Origin: Oceanisphaera sp.
Lineage (GTDB): Bacteria; Pseudomonadota; Gammaproteobacteria; Enterobacterales; Aeromonadaceae
DNA length: 64,000 bases
Assembly (NCBI RefSeq): GCF_048268965.1
Contig: NZ_JBLWUK010000015.1
Span: 14,575-78,574 of the forward strand
Direction of reading: 5' to 3'
Part shown: positions 1 through 10,266 of the stretch, one piece after another
Numbering within the stretch: position 1 is the first letter of the stretch
Layout: each line of letters starts with the position of its first letter
Notes under the pieces: generated by a model
Told to the model about the DNA's origin: nothing
The model's input: only the letters and a program-made list of their open reading frames with translations
The model's database searches: none
Translations under genes and position numbers: made by a program

Positions 1-385
1 CGGTCAGCTGCGTCACCTTGTCGTGCACCGCAGCGGGTAAGTCCTCTTGCTGCAATAACTGCTCGAGAATGGCAGCCAGCATGGCACGCCAGGCGTCATC
101 CCGAGGGTGGGTGCTGGCACTGAACAGGGGCATGCCATGGGCCTGAGCCTGGGCAAGCTCCAGTTCATTAATCGGGGGCAATGACCAGTCTTGCTCAAAG
201 GCCTGATGCTGCGCCTCGGCCAGCAGGGCAATCAGCAACAGGTAATCCTGCACAGGATTGTCGGTGGCCAGGTCTCTCAGCCGTTGGGCCCGGGTGCTGA
301 AGGTATCTGATTTGGGAAGAATGAGACGAGGAATGCTGGTGCGATCCAGGGTTTCTATTTCGCCACGGGTAAGAATTCGCTGCAT
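1..385 (-). CDS. fdhE: Formate dehydrogenase maturation protein FdhE (5' part; runs off window edge)
   Basis: Not in the ORF track. Manual translation from ATG at 385 (RBS AAGGAG upstream) gives MQRILTRGEIETLDRTSIPRLILPKSDTFSTRAQRLRDLATDNPVQDYLLLIALLAEAQH..., open to the edge and resembling FdhE N-termini. Lies directly downstream of fdoGHI. Confidence 0.8.
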   Translation of the reverse strand, partial: MQRILTRGEIETLDRTSIPRLILPKSDTFSTRAQRLRDLATDNPVQDYLLLIALLAEAQHQAFEQDWSLPPINELELAQAQAHGMPLFSASTHPRDDAWRAMLAAILEQLLQQEDLPAAVHDKVTQLT

Positions 386-417
386 GATCACTCCTTTGAT
401 AACAACGGTAACTGAAT

Positions 418-454
418 ATAAAAGGCCGTCAAACGAACAACGTCATTTGACGGC
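418..454 (-). terminator. Putative intrinsic terminator between fdoI and fdhE
   Basis: Inverted repeat GCCGTCAAA (425-433)/TTTGACGGC (446-454), followed on the minus strand by CTTTTATATT. Confidence 0.45.
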
Positions 455-504
455 AAGTTGCGGTATCGGCGATCAGAACCAACTGTCTGCTTACTTCAAG
501 CCGC

Positions 505-1137
505 TTACTTCAGGCTGGAATCGCGCATCTTCTTGCGATACCACTTTCGGTGATGCTTCCAGGCCCATCCCGGTGAAACCGTACCCCGGGTCATGGCCCG
601 TACCGAGCCCTTGACCCAAATGCCCGCGTATATATGCACTATAATGGCGCAAATAATGGCAAAGGCAAACAGGGCATGCAGCAGCGATGACAGGCGTATC
701 AGGCCCACCGGAAAGCCGAAATAGGCTCGCCACATCACGATACCCGTCAACAGCAAACCAATCATCAGTACGATCAGTGACCAGAACAGCAGTTTCTGGC
801 CGCCGTTGTACCTGTCTGCTTCGGGCACGCCTTCCTCTTGATGAGAGATCACCTTGGGCACCGCTTTTAACCAGGCCTTGTCGTCGTCGGTGATCTTGTT
901 GTCTTTTCTAAGTTGCAGCGCAAAGCAGGCAAAGCTGACAAACATCACCACACCAATAAAGGGATGCAGGATGCGGGTCCAGGTACCGCCTCCCAACAGG
1001 TTGCTCAGCCAGAACAGGGCCGGATGAAATAACGCCAGGCCGGAAATGGCCAGTAGCACGAAGGTCAGCGCAATCAGCCAGTGATTAAGCCGCTGATTGG
1101 CCGTGTAGCGAACAATTTCCTTGTGGTCGTTAGCCAT
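505..1137 (-). CDS. fdoI: Formate dehydrogenase cytochrome b556 (gamma) subunit
   Basis: [11 protein letters not shown], four hydrophobic segments with heme-ligand His, YNGGQK, GWAWKHH tail. Third gene of the fdo/fdn operon. Confidence 0.95.
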   Translation of the reverse strand: MANDHKEIVRYTANQRLNHWLIALTFVLLAISGLALFHPALFWLSNLLGGGTWTRILHPFIGVVMFVSFACFALQLRKDNKITDDDKAWLKAVPKVISHQEEGVPEADRYNGGQKLLFWSLIVLMIGLLLTGIVMWRAYFGFPVGLIRLSSLLHALFAFAIICAIIVHIYAGIWVKGSVRAMTRGTVSPGWAWKHHRKWYRKKMRDSSLK

Positions 1138-2032
1138 TTCTTTCCTCCTTGGCCGCCTGTTCGTCAGCCTCCGTCACCTCTGAGGGCCGATTGCGGATAT
1201 AGTGCGCCGCCCCAACCAGCGCCGTCAGCACCATGGCCGCCACCCCAATGGGCTTGGCCGGCCCCTTCCACAGCGAGACAATGCCACTGATGGTGGGGGC
1301 CTTGGGCAAGTCACTGTATAGCTCGGGCTTGTCCGCGTGATGCAGAACATACATCACATGGGTGCCGCCTACGCCATCGGGATCGTACAGGCCCGCATTG
1401 TCGTAACCCCGGGATTGCAGATCGGCAATACGCTCGGCGGCGTGCTGCTTCATGTCATCCTTGGAGCCAAATACGATGGCACCTGTGGGGCAGGTTTTCA
1501 CACAGGCCGGCTCCTGTCCGACCGATACCCGGTCGACACACAAGTTGCACTTGTAGGCTTTCTTATCCGTCTTGGAAATACGCGGCACATCAAAGGGGCA
1601 CCCGGTGACACAGTAACCACAGCCGATGCAGTGCTCCTGGTTGAAGTCGACGATGCCGTTGGCATGCTGCACTATGGCACCGGGAGAAGGGCAGGCCTTT
1701 AAACAGCCCGGATCTTCACAGTGCATGCAGCCATCCTTGCGAATGAGCCACTCCAGATCGCCGTCATCTTTTTCGTGTTCGGCAAAGCGCATCAAAGTCC
1801 AGGTGTTTTCGGTCAAATCTGCCGGGTTGTCATAGACCCCCACGTTATGGCCGACCTCGTCACGCAGGTCGTTCCACTCCATGCAGGCCACCTGGCAGGC
1901 TTTGCAGCCGATACATTGCGAGGTATCGATGAGCTTGGCAACGCCCCCGCCTTGCACGGGGGACTGACGAACACTGGGTGAAGGAGTGGTGGTCGCCGAG
2001 CGACGTTTGATATCCATTGCTTCTGAAGCCAT
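1130..2032 (-). CDS. fdoH: Formate dehydrogenase iron-sulfur (beta) subunit
   Basis: [35 protein letters not shown] and CNLC...C ferredoxin motifs; C-terminal TM helix. Confidence 0.96.
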   Translation of the reverse strand: MASEAMDIKRRSATTTPSPSVRQSPVQGGGVAKLIDTSQCIGCKACQVACMEWNDLRDEVGHNVGVYDNPADLTENTWTLMRFAEHEKDDGDLEWLIRKDGCMHCEDPGCLKACPSPGAIVQHANGIVDFNQEHCIGCGYCVTGCPFDVPRISKTDKKAYKCNLCVDRVSVGQEPACVKTCPTGAIVFGSKDDMKQHAAERIADLQSRGYDNAGLYDPDGVGGTHVMYVLHHADKPELYSDLPKAPTISGIVSLWKGPAKPIGVAAMVLTALVGAAHYIRNRPSEVTEADEQAAKEERNG

Positions 2033-2042
2033 GATTTTCTCC

Positions 2043-5000
2043 TTACACCTTTTCGACGTTGACTAAAAAGGACTTGAACTCGGGTGTTTGCGAGTTGCCA
2101 TCCCCCACCGAAGGGGTGAGCGTATTGGCCAAAAAGCCGGGTTGGGTTACACCCACAAAGCCCCAGTGAATGGGAATACCGATGTGGTGCACCCGCTTGC
2201 CGTCGATATCCAGACCACGGATCCGCTTGGTAACCACCGCCTTGGCTTTGATGTAACCACGGTTGGAAGACACCTTGACCATGTCTCCCTGGTCAATGCG
2301 CAGCTCTTTCGCCAGCTCGGCCCCAATTTCAACGAACTGTTCCGGCTGAATGATGCTGTTGAGCAGCACATGTTTGCTCCAGTAGTGGAAGTGCTCGGTC
2401 AGGCGATAGGTGGTGCCCACATAGGGGAACTGGTCCGCCTTGCCAAACTCGGCCTTGTCATCATCAAACAGACGGGCCGCCGGGTTGCTGGTCGCCTTGT
2501 CATTGTCTTTAAACAAGGGGTTATAACCCAGTGGCGTTTCGAAAGGCTCGTAGTGAGTGGGGAAGGGGCCTTCGGCCATGCCACCGCGGGCAAAAAAGCG
2601 CGCCACGCCCTCGGGGTTCATGATAAAGGGACCCATACCCTCACCCGGTGCCTCGTCTGCCTTATAGTCGGGCACATCGGCTCCGGTCCACTTGCTGCCA
2701 TTCCAGTGAATGAGCGAGCGGCTGGGGTCGAACGGATTCCCCTGACTATCACATGAGGCGCGGTTATACATGACGCGGCGGTTGGCCGGCCATGCCCATG
2801 CCCAGTTCAGCGTCTGACCTATGCCGGTGGGGTCACTGCTGTCCCGACGCGCCATCATGTTGCCTTCCTGGGTCCAGGAGCCGGAATAAATCCAGCAACC
2901 CCCCAGGGTCGAGCCGTCGTCCCGCATTTCGCCAAAGCCGGCCAACTGCTCGCCGGCCTTGCGAATGACGTTACCCCTGTTATCGGTCAAATCCCTCAGG
3001 GCCCGGCCATTCAGTTCTTTGGCCAATTCCTCGGCCGTGGGGGCGTAAGGGTTGGCGTAAGGCCAGGACAGCTGAGTGATGGGCTCGGCAAAGGTGCCGC
3101 CTTCCTGCTCGTACAGTTGGCGAATATGCTGATACAGGGTGGCCATGATCTCGATATCGGTCTTGGCTTCTCCCGGTGGCTCGGCGGCTTTCCAGTGCCA
3201 TTGCAACCAGCGTCCGGAGTTGACCAGGGTGCCGTCCTCTTCGGCAAAGCAGGAAGTCGGTAAGCGGAATACCTCGGTTTGAATGTCGGCTGAGTTGACG
3301 TCATTGGACTCGCCCGCGTTGCGCCAAAACTCGGAGGTTTCGGTCACCAGAGGGTCCATGATCACCATGAACTTAAGCTGGGACAGGGACTTGATCATCT
3401 TGGCCTTGTTGGGCGCCGCCGCCAAGGGGTTAAAGCCCTGACAGATATAGCCATTCATCTTGCCCTGGTTCATCAGCTCGTAAACCTGGAGCATGTCGTA
3501 GGGTTTATCCAGCTTGGGCAGGAAGTTGTACCCGAAGTTGTTTTCCTGACTGGCGTGCTCGCCCCACCAGGCCTTGCCCAGGCTGGCGTAGAACTTTTTG
3601 TAGTTCTGCCAGTAGCTCAGCTGGTTGTCTCGCAGCGGTTTGGGTGAACGTTTGGCAATGTACTGATCGAAGTCCTGCTCCGACTCATTGGGCAGGGTGA
3701 GGTAGCCCGGCAGCAGGTTGCTCATCAGGCCCAGATCCGTCAACCCCTGGATATTGGAGTGGCCGCGTAGCGCGTTCATGCCACCACCGGCAATCCCGAT
3801 ATTCCCCAGCAGCAGCTGCACCATGGCGCCGGTACGAATGATTTGCGAGCCAATGGAGTGCTGAGTCCAACCCAGAGCATAGAGTATGGTCCCGGCCCTG
3901 TCGGGCGTATGAGTGGAGGCCAGCAGTTCACACACCTGCAGGAATTTAGGAATGGGGGTGCCACAAACCCGCGCCACCATCTCGGGGGTATAACGGTCGT
4001 AATGTTTCTTCAACAGCTGATAAACACAGCGGGGGTGCTGCAGGCTGGGATCGGACGCGACCTTGCCCTGGGCATCCAGCTGGTAATCCCAGGAGGATTT
4101 ATCATAGCTGCGACTTTCTTCGTCATAACCGGAGAAAATACCATCGTCGAAGGCGTAGTCTTCATGGACGATGAATGACAGATCGGTGTAGTTTTTTACG
4201 TACTCATGCTGGACCTTGTTGTTATCAATCAGGTACTTGATAACCCCGCCCAGGAAGACGATATCGGTACCGGTACGAATGGGCGCATACAGATCGGCGA
4301 CCGAAGCGGAGCGGTTAAAGCGCGGATCCACCACGATCAACTTGGCGTTGTTATGTGCCTTGGCTTCCGTTACCCATTTAAAACCACAAGGATGCGCTTC
4401 GGCAGCGTTCCCTCCCATGATCAGCACGACGTCGGCATTTTTAATGTCGACCCAATGATTCGTCATAGCGCCACGGCCAAAAGTTGGGGCAAGACCTGCC
4501 ACCGTAGGACCGTGTCAAACGCGTGCTTGGTTATCGAATGCCAATATGCCCAGGGGGCGTATTACCTTGTGGGTGATATAGCCCACTTCGTTACTGCTGG
4601 CCGATGCTGCCAGCATGCCGGTAGTCAGCCAGCGGTTAACGGTTTTGCCATCGTCTGTCTGCTGAATGAAGTTCGCGTCGCGATCATCCTTCATCAATTT
4701 GGCGATGCGGCTGTAGGCCTGCTCCCAGGAGATGCGTTGCCAGGTATCCGAACCCGGAGCACGATATTCAGGATAGGTCAGGCGGTTGGGGCTGTGAATG
4801 AAGTCCACCAATCCGGCCCCTTTCGGGCACAGGGTACCGCGGTTGACCGGGTGATCATGGTCCCCTTCAATGTGCATGACGCTGGGTCTGGCATTTTTTG
4901 CGCCGTCCCCCATGCTGTAGACCAGAATGCCGCAGGCAACAGAGCAGTAAGGGCAGGTACTGCGGGTTTCTTTCGCGCGCGACAGCTTGTATTGCCGGGC

Positions 5001-5105
5001 GGCTGCCACGGCCGGGGTGGGTGTCATACCCAGCATCGCCATGCTCGAACTGGCTAGCGTTGCCCCCGTTATCTTGAAAAAATCGCGCCGACTCAGGTTA
5101 CTCAT
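2043..5105 (-). CDS. fdoG: Formate dehydrogenase-O/N catalytic alpha subunit, selenocysteine-containing (in-frame TGA at 4515-4517); ~1020 aa
   Basis: ORFs 4515..5111 and 2043..4502 are in the same frame, joined by ...[29 protein letters not shown]. Tat signal SRRDFFK and CPYCSVACG Fe-S motif. ATG at 5105 has GGAGA 6 nt upstream. fdnG is an equally possible name. Confidence 0.95.
4480..4517 (-). other. Selenocysteine UGA plus bacterial SECIS hairpin
   Basis: Minus strand reads TGA CAC GGT CCT ACG GTG GCAGGTCTTGCC CC. The GGCA/TGCC stem with a GGTCT apex starts ~11 nt after TGA, the position and form of enterobacterial fdh SECIS elements. Confidence 0.85.
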
Positions 5106-5310
5106 GGACACTCTCCTTGTAACACAAAGTTCCAGTGGTCGTTATGGTGCGATAGCTGACGACTATCGCACGTCATTAGCATTATATGGGTAACATGGAT
5201 GGGCAAGATGAATCCCATCGAGCTACCCAGTCAGCCTAGACCAGTTCATTAGGCTCCGCCATGGGTCCACCATAGCAGGGCGTAAAAGGGTTTCAAGAGG
5301 CTCTGCCTAC

Positions 5311-8300
5311 TTAGCCTTCACCCAACGACAACAGGGTGGCGTTGCCGCCAATGGCGGTGGTGTTGTTACTGATGGTTTTTTCGGTAATAAAGCGGGTGAG
5401 GTAGTGCGGCCCACCTGCTTTGGGGCCGGTGCCAGACAAGCCTTGTCCGCCAAAAGGCTGTACCCCCACCATGGCACCAATCTGGTCACGGTTGATGTAG
5501 ATGTTACCCGCATTGACGCGTTGCGCTATCTCATCGGCAAACGAGGCATTACGGCTGTGAATACCCAGCGTCAGGCCGTAGCCGGTGTTGTTGATATCGT
5601 CTATCACCTTGCCGATATCTTTCGCCTTGAAGCGCACCACATGCAAGATGGGACCAAACTGCTCTTTTTTCAGCTCGCCGATGGCGCTTATCTCCAGCGC
5701 CGTGGGGGGTATATAGAAGCCCTTGTCACAGCCGTTGCTTAATGATGTTTGAGCAATAACGGTGTTGCCGGCGGCTTGCATGGCAGCCAGGTGGGCCATG
5801 AGTCCGGCCTGAGCATCCTTATCGATAACCGGGCCCACGTCGGTAGACCACAAGGCGGGATCGGCCACACTAAGTTCATTCATGGCGCCCTTGAGTATCT
5901 CCAGCACCCGCTCGGCGATGTCTTCCTGCAAATACAAAACCCGTAGCGCCGAGCAACGCTGGCCTGCACTTTGAAAGGCAGCGCGCACCACGTCCCGCAC
6001 CACCTGCTCGGGCAGGGCGGTTGAGTCAACTATCATGGCATTTTGACCACCGGTTTCGGCAATCAGCGGAATAATGGCGCCCTGGCGTTGGGCAAGGGTT
6101 TGGTTGATGCGCATGGCGGTGTCGGTTGAGCCGGTAAAGCAGACGCCGGCAATGCGCGGATCGGCGGTCAGTGCCGCGCCAACCGTGGCGCCATCCCCCG
6201 GCAAGAGTTGCAATACTTCGGGCGGAATACCGGCCTGATGCGCCAGCGAAGTGGCAAGTTGCGCGATCAGGCTGGTCTGTTCGGCCGGTTTGGCCAGCAC
6301 CGTATTACCGGTAACCAGGGCCGCGCTCACTTGCCCCAGAAAGATGGCCAGCGGGAAGTTCCAGGGGCTGATACAGACGAAGGGCCCCCGGCCTTGCGCC
6401 AGCAGCTGGTTATGCTCTCCGGTGTAGCCGGGCAGGGTACGGGGCGTCATCAGGCTGCGGGCCTCGTTGGCATAATAACGGCAAAAATCAACGGCTTCCC
6501 GCACCTCGTCTATGCCATCTTGCAGTAACTTGCCGGCTTCGCGGGTACACAAAGAGATAAACTCGGCTTGATGGGCCTCCAGCAAGTCGGCCAGTTTTTC
6601 CACTGCCTGTGCCCGTGCCTCTACCGGCGTATTGCGCCAGGCGACAAAGGCGTTCTGGGCGATGCCCACAGCCTGCTCAACGGTGGCCTGGTCGGCGAAG
6701 TAGACCTTACCAACGGTTTGCTCATGATCCTGCGGGCTGAATACCGTGGTGGGGGTGCCGCTGGTTCTGGCTTTGCCCCCTACCAGTGCACTGGCCTGCC
6801 AGTGCTTGTCGTTCAGTTTATGCAGCGCACTAAAAAAGGGGGTGCGAATGCCTTCTATGTTGATGTTCAGGCCACGAGAGTTCAGGCGATCGGCAAAGAT
6901 GGCCAGCGGCAAGGGGATCCTGTCATTCGCCAGGCTGTCATATTCGGCCAGGGTCTCTCTGGGGTGAGTCACCAGGCTATCGATGGGGGTTTTCGGGTCC
7001 ACCAGCTTATGCACAAACGAGGTGTTGGCGCCGTTTTCCAGCAGGCGACGCACCAGATAGGGCAAGAGGTCTTTATGGGCACCGACCGGGGCATAAATAC
7101 GGCACGTTAGTCCCGGGTGTTCGGCCAGAACCGCGTTATACAGCTCTTCGCCCATGCCATGCAGACGTTGAAATTCGTAATCCCGATTGTTGGCCATGGC
7201 CATCACGGATACCACGGTATGAGCGTTGTGGGTGGCAAACTGCGGATAAATGGCGCCATCGGTGGCGTCACTCAGCAGGTAGCGGGCACAGGCCAGATAA
7301 GAGATATCGGTGCCGGCTTTGCGGGTAAACACCGGATAACCGTCGATGCCGCCTTGCTGGCAGAGCTTGATCTCGCTGTCCCAATACGCGCCTTTCACCA
7401 GTCGCAACGGAATTTCATCGCCTTGCTCTCGGGCGAGGGCCGTCAGCCAGCACAGTACCGGCAGAGCCCGTTTGGAGTAGGCCTGGATCACTATGCCCAG
7501 TCCTCCCCACCCCTGATTCACCGGATCCCGATACAGGGATTCGAACAAGTCGAGCGAGAGCTCGAGACGGTCCATCTCTTCGGCGTCTATGGTGACAAAC
7601 ACGTTTAACTTGCGTGCCAGCTCAAGCAGTTTGAGCACGGTGGCCTTCAGTTCGGTGAGTACGCGCTCGCGGTTGGCTTCTTCGTATCTGGGGTGGAGTG
7701 CCGACAGCTTGATCGAAATGGAAGGGCGAGGAACCGAGCTGTTCTCCAGTGATTCGCCCCCCACGGCGGCAATGGCGTTGGCGTAGTCCTGATAATATTT
7801 GTCGGCATCGGTGGCGGTCATGGCCGCTTCGCCCAGCATGTCGTAAGAGTGGGTATAACCTTGCTGGCGTGCCTTGCGGCTGGCTTTGAGTGCTTCCTTG
7901 ATGTCGCGACCCAGCACAAACTGTTTGCCCATGATCTTCATGGCGGCATACATGCCCGAGCGCACCATGGGCTCGCCCATGCGGTTGATCATCCGGTTGA
8001 GCACATTGGCGGGGTTGCCATCCAGCTTCTTGTCCATGCGAATCACCTTGCCGGTGAGCATCAGGCCCCAGGTGGAGGCGTTGACCAGCGTCGAGTCACT
8101 TTGGCGGAAATATTTGGCCCAGTCGGCACCGGATAACCGGTCTTTAATCAGCTCATCGGCGGTGTGGCTGTCGGGAATGCGCAGCAGGGCCTCGGCCAGA
8201 CACATTAAAATGATGCCTTCCTGGGTGTCCAGGCTGTATTGCTGCAAGAAGGCATCGATGCTATCACCGCCATCGCTTTCTTTACGCACCCGGGTCACCA

Positions 8301-8478
8301 GATTGTGAGCCTGTTCCTGAACCTGCGCCAGAGCCTGGCGGCTGGCAGGCACCTGCTCGAGCAAGGCGGCCAGATAGGTATTCTCGTCAACGATATAGTT
8401 CCGGGTGATGGCTTGACGCAGGGCCGGTAAATCGCTGGGGGCGTAACGGGGGGCAAAAGCATCGGCAACGGTAAACAT
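5311..8478 (-). CDS. putA: Bifunctional proline dehydrogenase / P5C dehydrogenase (no N-terminal DNA-binding domain)
   Basis: SIKLSALHPRY, RLVKGAYWDSE, FATHNAHT, YEFQRLHGMGE, RRLLENGANTSF; aldehyde dehydrogenase motifs ETGGQNA and GQRCSALR. Confidence 0.97.
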   Translation of the reverse strand: MFTVADAFAPRYAPSDLPALRQAITRNYIVDENTYLAALLEQVPASRQALAQVQEQAHNLVTRVRKESDGGDSIDAFLQQYSLDTQEGIILMCLAEALLRIPDSHTADELIKDRLSGADWAKYFRQSDSTLVNASTWGLMLTGKVIRMDKKLDGNPANVLNRMINRMGEPMVRSGMYAAMKIMGKQFVLGRDIKEALKASRKARQQGYTHSYDMLGEAAMTATDADKYYQDYANAIAAVGGESLENSSVPRPSISIKLSALHPRYEEANRERVLTELKATVLKLLELARKLNVFVTIDAEEMDRLELSLDLFESLYRDPVNQGWGGLGIVIQAYSKRALPVLCWLTALAREQGDEIPLRLVKGAYWDSEIKLCQQGGIDGYPVFTRKAGTDISYLACARYLLSDATDGAIYPQFATHNAHTVVSVMAMANNRDYEFQRLHGMGEELYNAVLAEHPGLTCRIYAPVGAHKDLLPYLVRRLLENGANTSFVHKLVDPKTPIDSLVTHPRETLAEYDSLANDRIPLPLAIFADRLNSRGLNINIEGIRTPFFSALHKLNDKHWQASALVGGKARTSGTPTTVFSPQDHEQTVGKVYFADQATVEQAVGIAQNAFVAWRNTPVEARAQAVEKLADLLEAHQAEFISLCTREAGKLLQDGIDEVREAVDFCRYYANEARSLMTPRTLPGYTGEHNQLLAQGRGPFVCISPWNFPLAIFLGQVSAALVTGNTVLAKPAEQTSLIAQLATSLAHQAGIPPEVLQLLPGDGATVGAALTADPRIAGVCFTGSTDTAMRINQTLAQRQGAIIPLIAETGGQNAMIVDSTALPEQVVRDVVRAAFQSAGQRCSALRVLYLQEDIAERVLEILKGAMNELSVADPALWSTDVGPVIDKDAQAGLMAHLAAMQAAGNTVIAQTSLSNGCDKGFYIPPTALEISAIGELKKEQFGPILHVVRFKAKDIGKVIDDINNTGYGLTLGIHSRNASFADEIAQRVNAGNIYINRDQIGAMVGVQPFGGQGLSGTGPKAGGPHYLTRFITEKTISNNTTAIGGNATLLSLGEG

Positions 8479-8928
8479 AATGGCACTCCTAACATGGCGG
8501 TGGCGAGCGAGCTAAACAAAATCAACGCTTGATAATGTATACGATTTTAAGGCGGTTAATAGCTTTTCATTGGCTGGTAACCAAAAAATGCGATCTTAAT
8601 AGCACATATATGCAGCATTACGGCTTTGGATGCCACCTTTCGTATACGATATGGGTGCGGCGAGCTGTTGTTAATATAGTAGAGTTCTGCTGGGGCGGCT
8701 GACTGGCTCACCCTGGCCGGGCGTGGCCTCGGCGCCGAGCGTGTGGTGAGGCTGTCTCTGAGTGGGAGAGGAGGCGACAGCTTTTTTGGGGGGGCGAGCG
8801 GAGTGCCGCTGGGTGTCGTAGAGCGGCTCTGTCCCCGACAACCGGCAAGGGCAAATGGTGGGCGCATTGTTTGCGTGGCGCGTACCGCCTATAATGCGCG
8901 CTCATTTTATCTGTGGTAAGCAAGCTCT

Positions 8929-9903
8929 GTGCACTATCAACGTCTTCCTAAAGGGCATTTTGCCTTATCTGTGGTTTATCTGATCACCGGCGCCTCCATT
9001 GCCGCCTCTATGGTCTTTTCTTTGCTGCTGTTTCTTTCTCTGGAGCAAGGCCTGCTGATGAAGCTGATGTTTGGCGGCCTGGCCCTGGTGTTTGAGGTGG
9101 GCAAGTTTTATATCTGGTACGAAATGGGCGAACGCGTCAGTCGACGCGACTCTATCGGGGCGGCCAAGGCATTGTGTTTTTACGCCGTGCTGGCCGGGTT
9201 ATCCATCGCCGGCAGTGTGGGCGGTATTAATGCTGCGACCAATACCCTGATGGAAAGCGACGCCGCCAAGGCGGCCGAGGTGCAAAGCTATACCGACAAG
9301 ATTGTTGGCCTGGAAAGAGAAATAGAAATCAACGAACAGGCGGCACAGGCTTACATCGATATGAAGCGCATCGCCAACGGCATGACGGCAATGCTGGCGC
9401 GCAATGCCGAGTTGCGCGCGCGCCAGGATGAGTTGCGCCGTGAACGGGATCAGGTGGCCATCACCAGCCAAAGTTCGCTGATGGGGCTGATGACCAGCCT
9501 GGCCGATGGCCTGGGCTGGCCGCTATCGCGGGTGCAGTTTGGAATAGTGGCGGCCTTGTCTATCTTGCTGGATTTCTTTGCGGCCTTCTTTATTGCCTTG
9601 CTGGGTGACGAAATTCGTTTTCGACGCAGCCAGAAGAAGCAAGCGCTGCCCGCTACGGCCGAGGCTGACAGCGAACAAGAAACAGCCGAGCCTTTGCTAC
9701 CGGTTCGTCCCGATTACTATCATGAGGTGGTGAACAAGCTACGGACAGGCGAGCTGCGTTGTGCCAAGGGCGCGGTATCGCGCATGCTGGAAAAGCCGCT
9801 GGAAGAAGTGGAAGATATTTTTCACTGGCTGCTGCAAGACGGTGTCGTGTATCGCAAACCCAACCGGCACTTTGCCCTGAGCCAGAAAACCGACCAGTCT
9901 TAA
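8929..9903 (+). CDS. Uncharacterised membrane protein: 3 TM + coiled coil + TM + putative C-terminal winged helix
   Basis: 324-aa ORF with GTG start and host-like codon use; hydrophobic segments and a heptad-rich middle. Function not recognised. Confidence 0.75.
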   Translation: MHYQRLPKGHFALSVVYLITGASIAASMVFSLLLFLSLEQGLLMKLMFGGLALVFEVGKFYIWYEMGERVSRRDSIGAAKALCFYAVLAGLSIAGSVGGINAATNTLMESDAAKAAEVQSYTDKIVGLEREIEINEQAAQAYIDMKRIANGMTAMLARNAELRARQDELRRERDQVAITSQSSLMGLMTSLADGLGWPLSRVQFGIVAALSILLDFFAAFFIALLGDEIRFRRSQKKQALPATAEADSEQETAEPLLPVRPDYYHEVVNKLRTGELRCAKGAVSRMLEKPLEEVEDIFHWLLQDGVVYRKPNRHFALSQKTDQS

Positions 9904-9917
9904 AGGCAGCTATAAGC

Positions 9918-10122
9918 CTGCCTCTTAGTCACAACTATATTAGTGTGGCTTGTCAGGCAGAGGTCACTACTCCCCCGACTCGCCGTAAAGACGGTCCCTG
10001 TAGGCTCAGCAGGGACGGCATTTGCCGAGCGTCGCAGGGATGCGGCTTAGCGCGTTGGCGGAGGCAACCCTACTGTCTCTGTGCACTATTTACGTACTGA
10101 CAAACTTGTGGCTAAGAGACAG
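9918..10122. mobile_element. 205-bp MITE-like element with IS50/Tn5-like 19-bp ends
   Basis: Left end CTGCCTCTTAGTCACAACT (9918-9936); right end read inward CTGTCTCTTAGCCACAAGT (10104-10122). Flanked by near-identical 9-mers GCTATAAGC (9909-9917) and GCCATAAGC (10123-10131). No transposase. Confidence 0.7.
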
Positions 10123-10149
10123 GCCATAAGCTATAAGCCTGAGTGTTGA

Positions 10150-10260
10150 TGGGAATGTGAGGAATGAGGGGGAAGCGATAACTTCCTTGTCAGCAGGTTC
10201 GGAGTTTGACACCTGACTCCTAACTCCTCACTCCTAACGACTTACTCCTCACTCTTCTTC
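10150..10260. repeat. Degenerate heptamer inverted-arm repeat (GTGAGGA.../CTCCTCA, CTCCTAA)
   Basis: G-rich arm atgtgaggaatgaggggg followed by C-rich arm actcctaactcctcactcctaac...actcctcactc at the 3' end of ygiM. Confidence 0.6.
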
Positions 10261-10266
10261 CGTGGC

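Noticed and set aside
2043-5111. fdoG as a split gene or pseudogene
   Set aside because: The stop is TGA at the conserved Sec position with a SECIS-like hairpin, and both halves are intact and in frame.
5147-5171. Perfect inverted repeat GTGCGATAG/CTATCGCAC upstream of fdoG
   Set aside because: Real palindrome, but no U-tract and no recognisable regulator consensus; cannot tell operator from putA 3' hairpin.
5120-10260. tRNA-Sec (selC) or other tRNA/rRNA near the fdo operon
   Set aside because: No T-arm GTTCGA with acceptor-stem pairing and no rRNA-like sequence found by eye in the intergenic regions.
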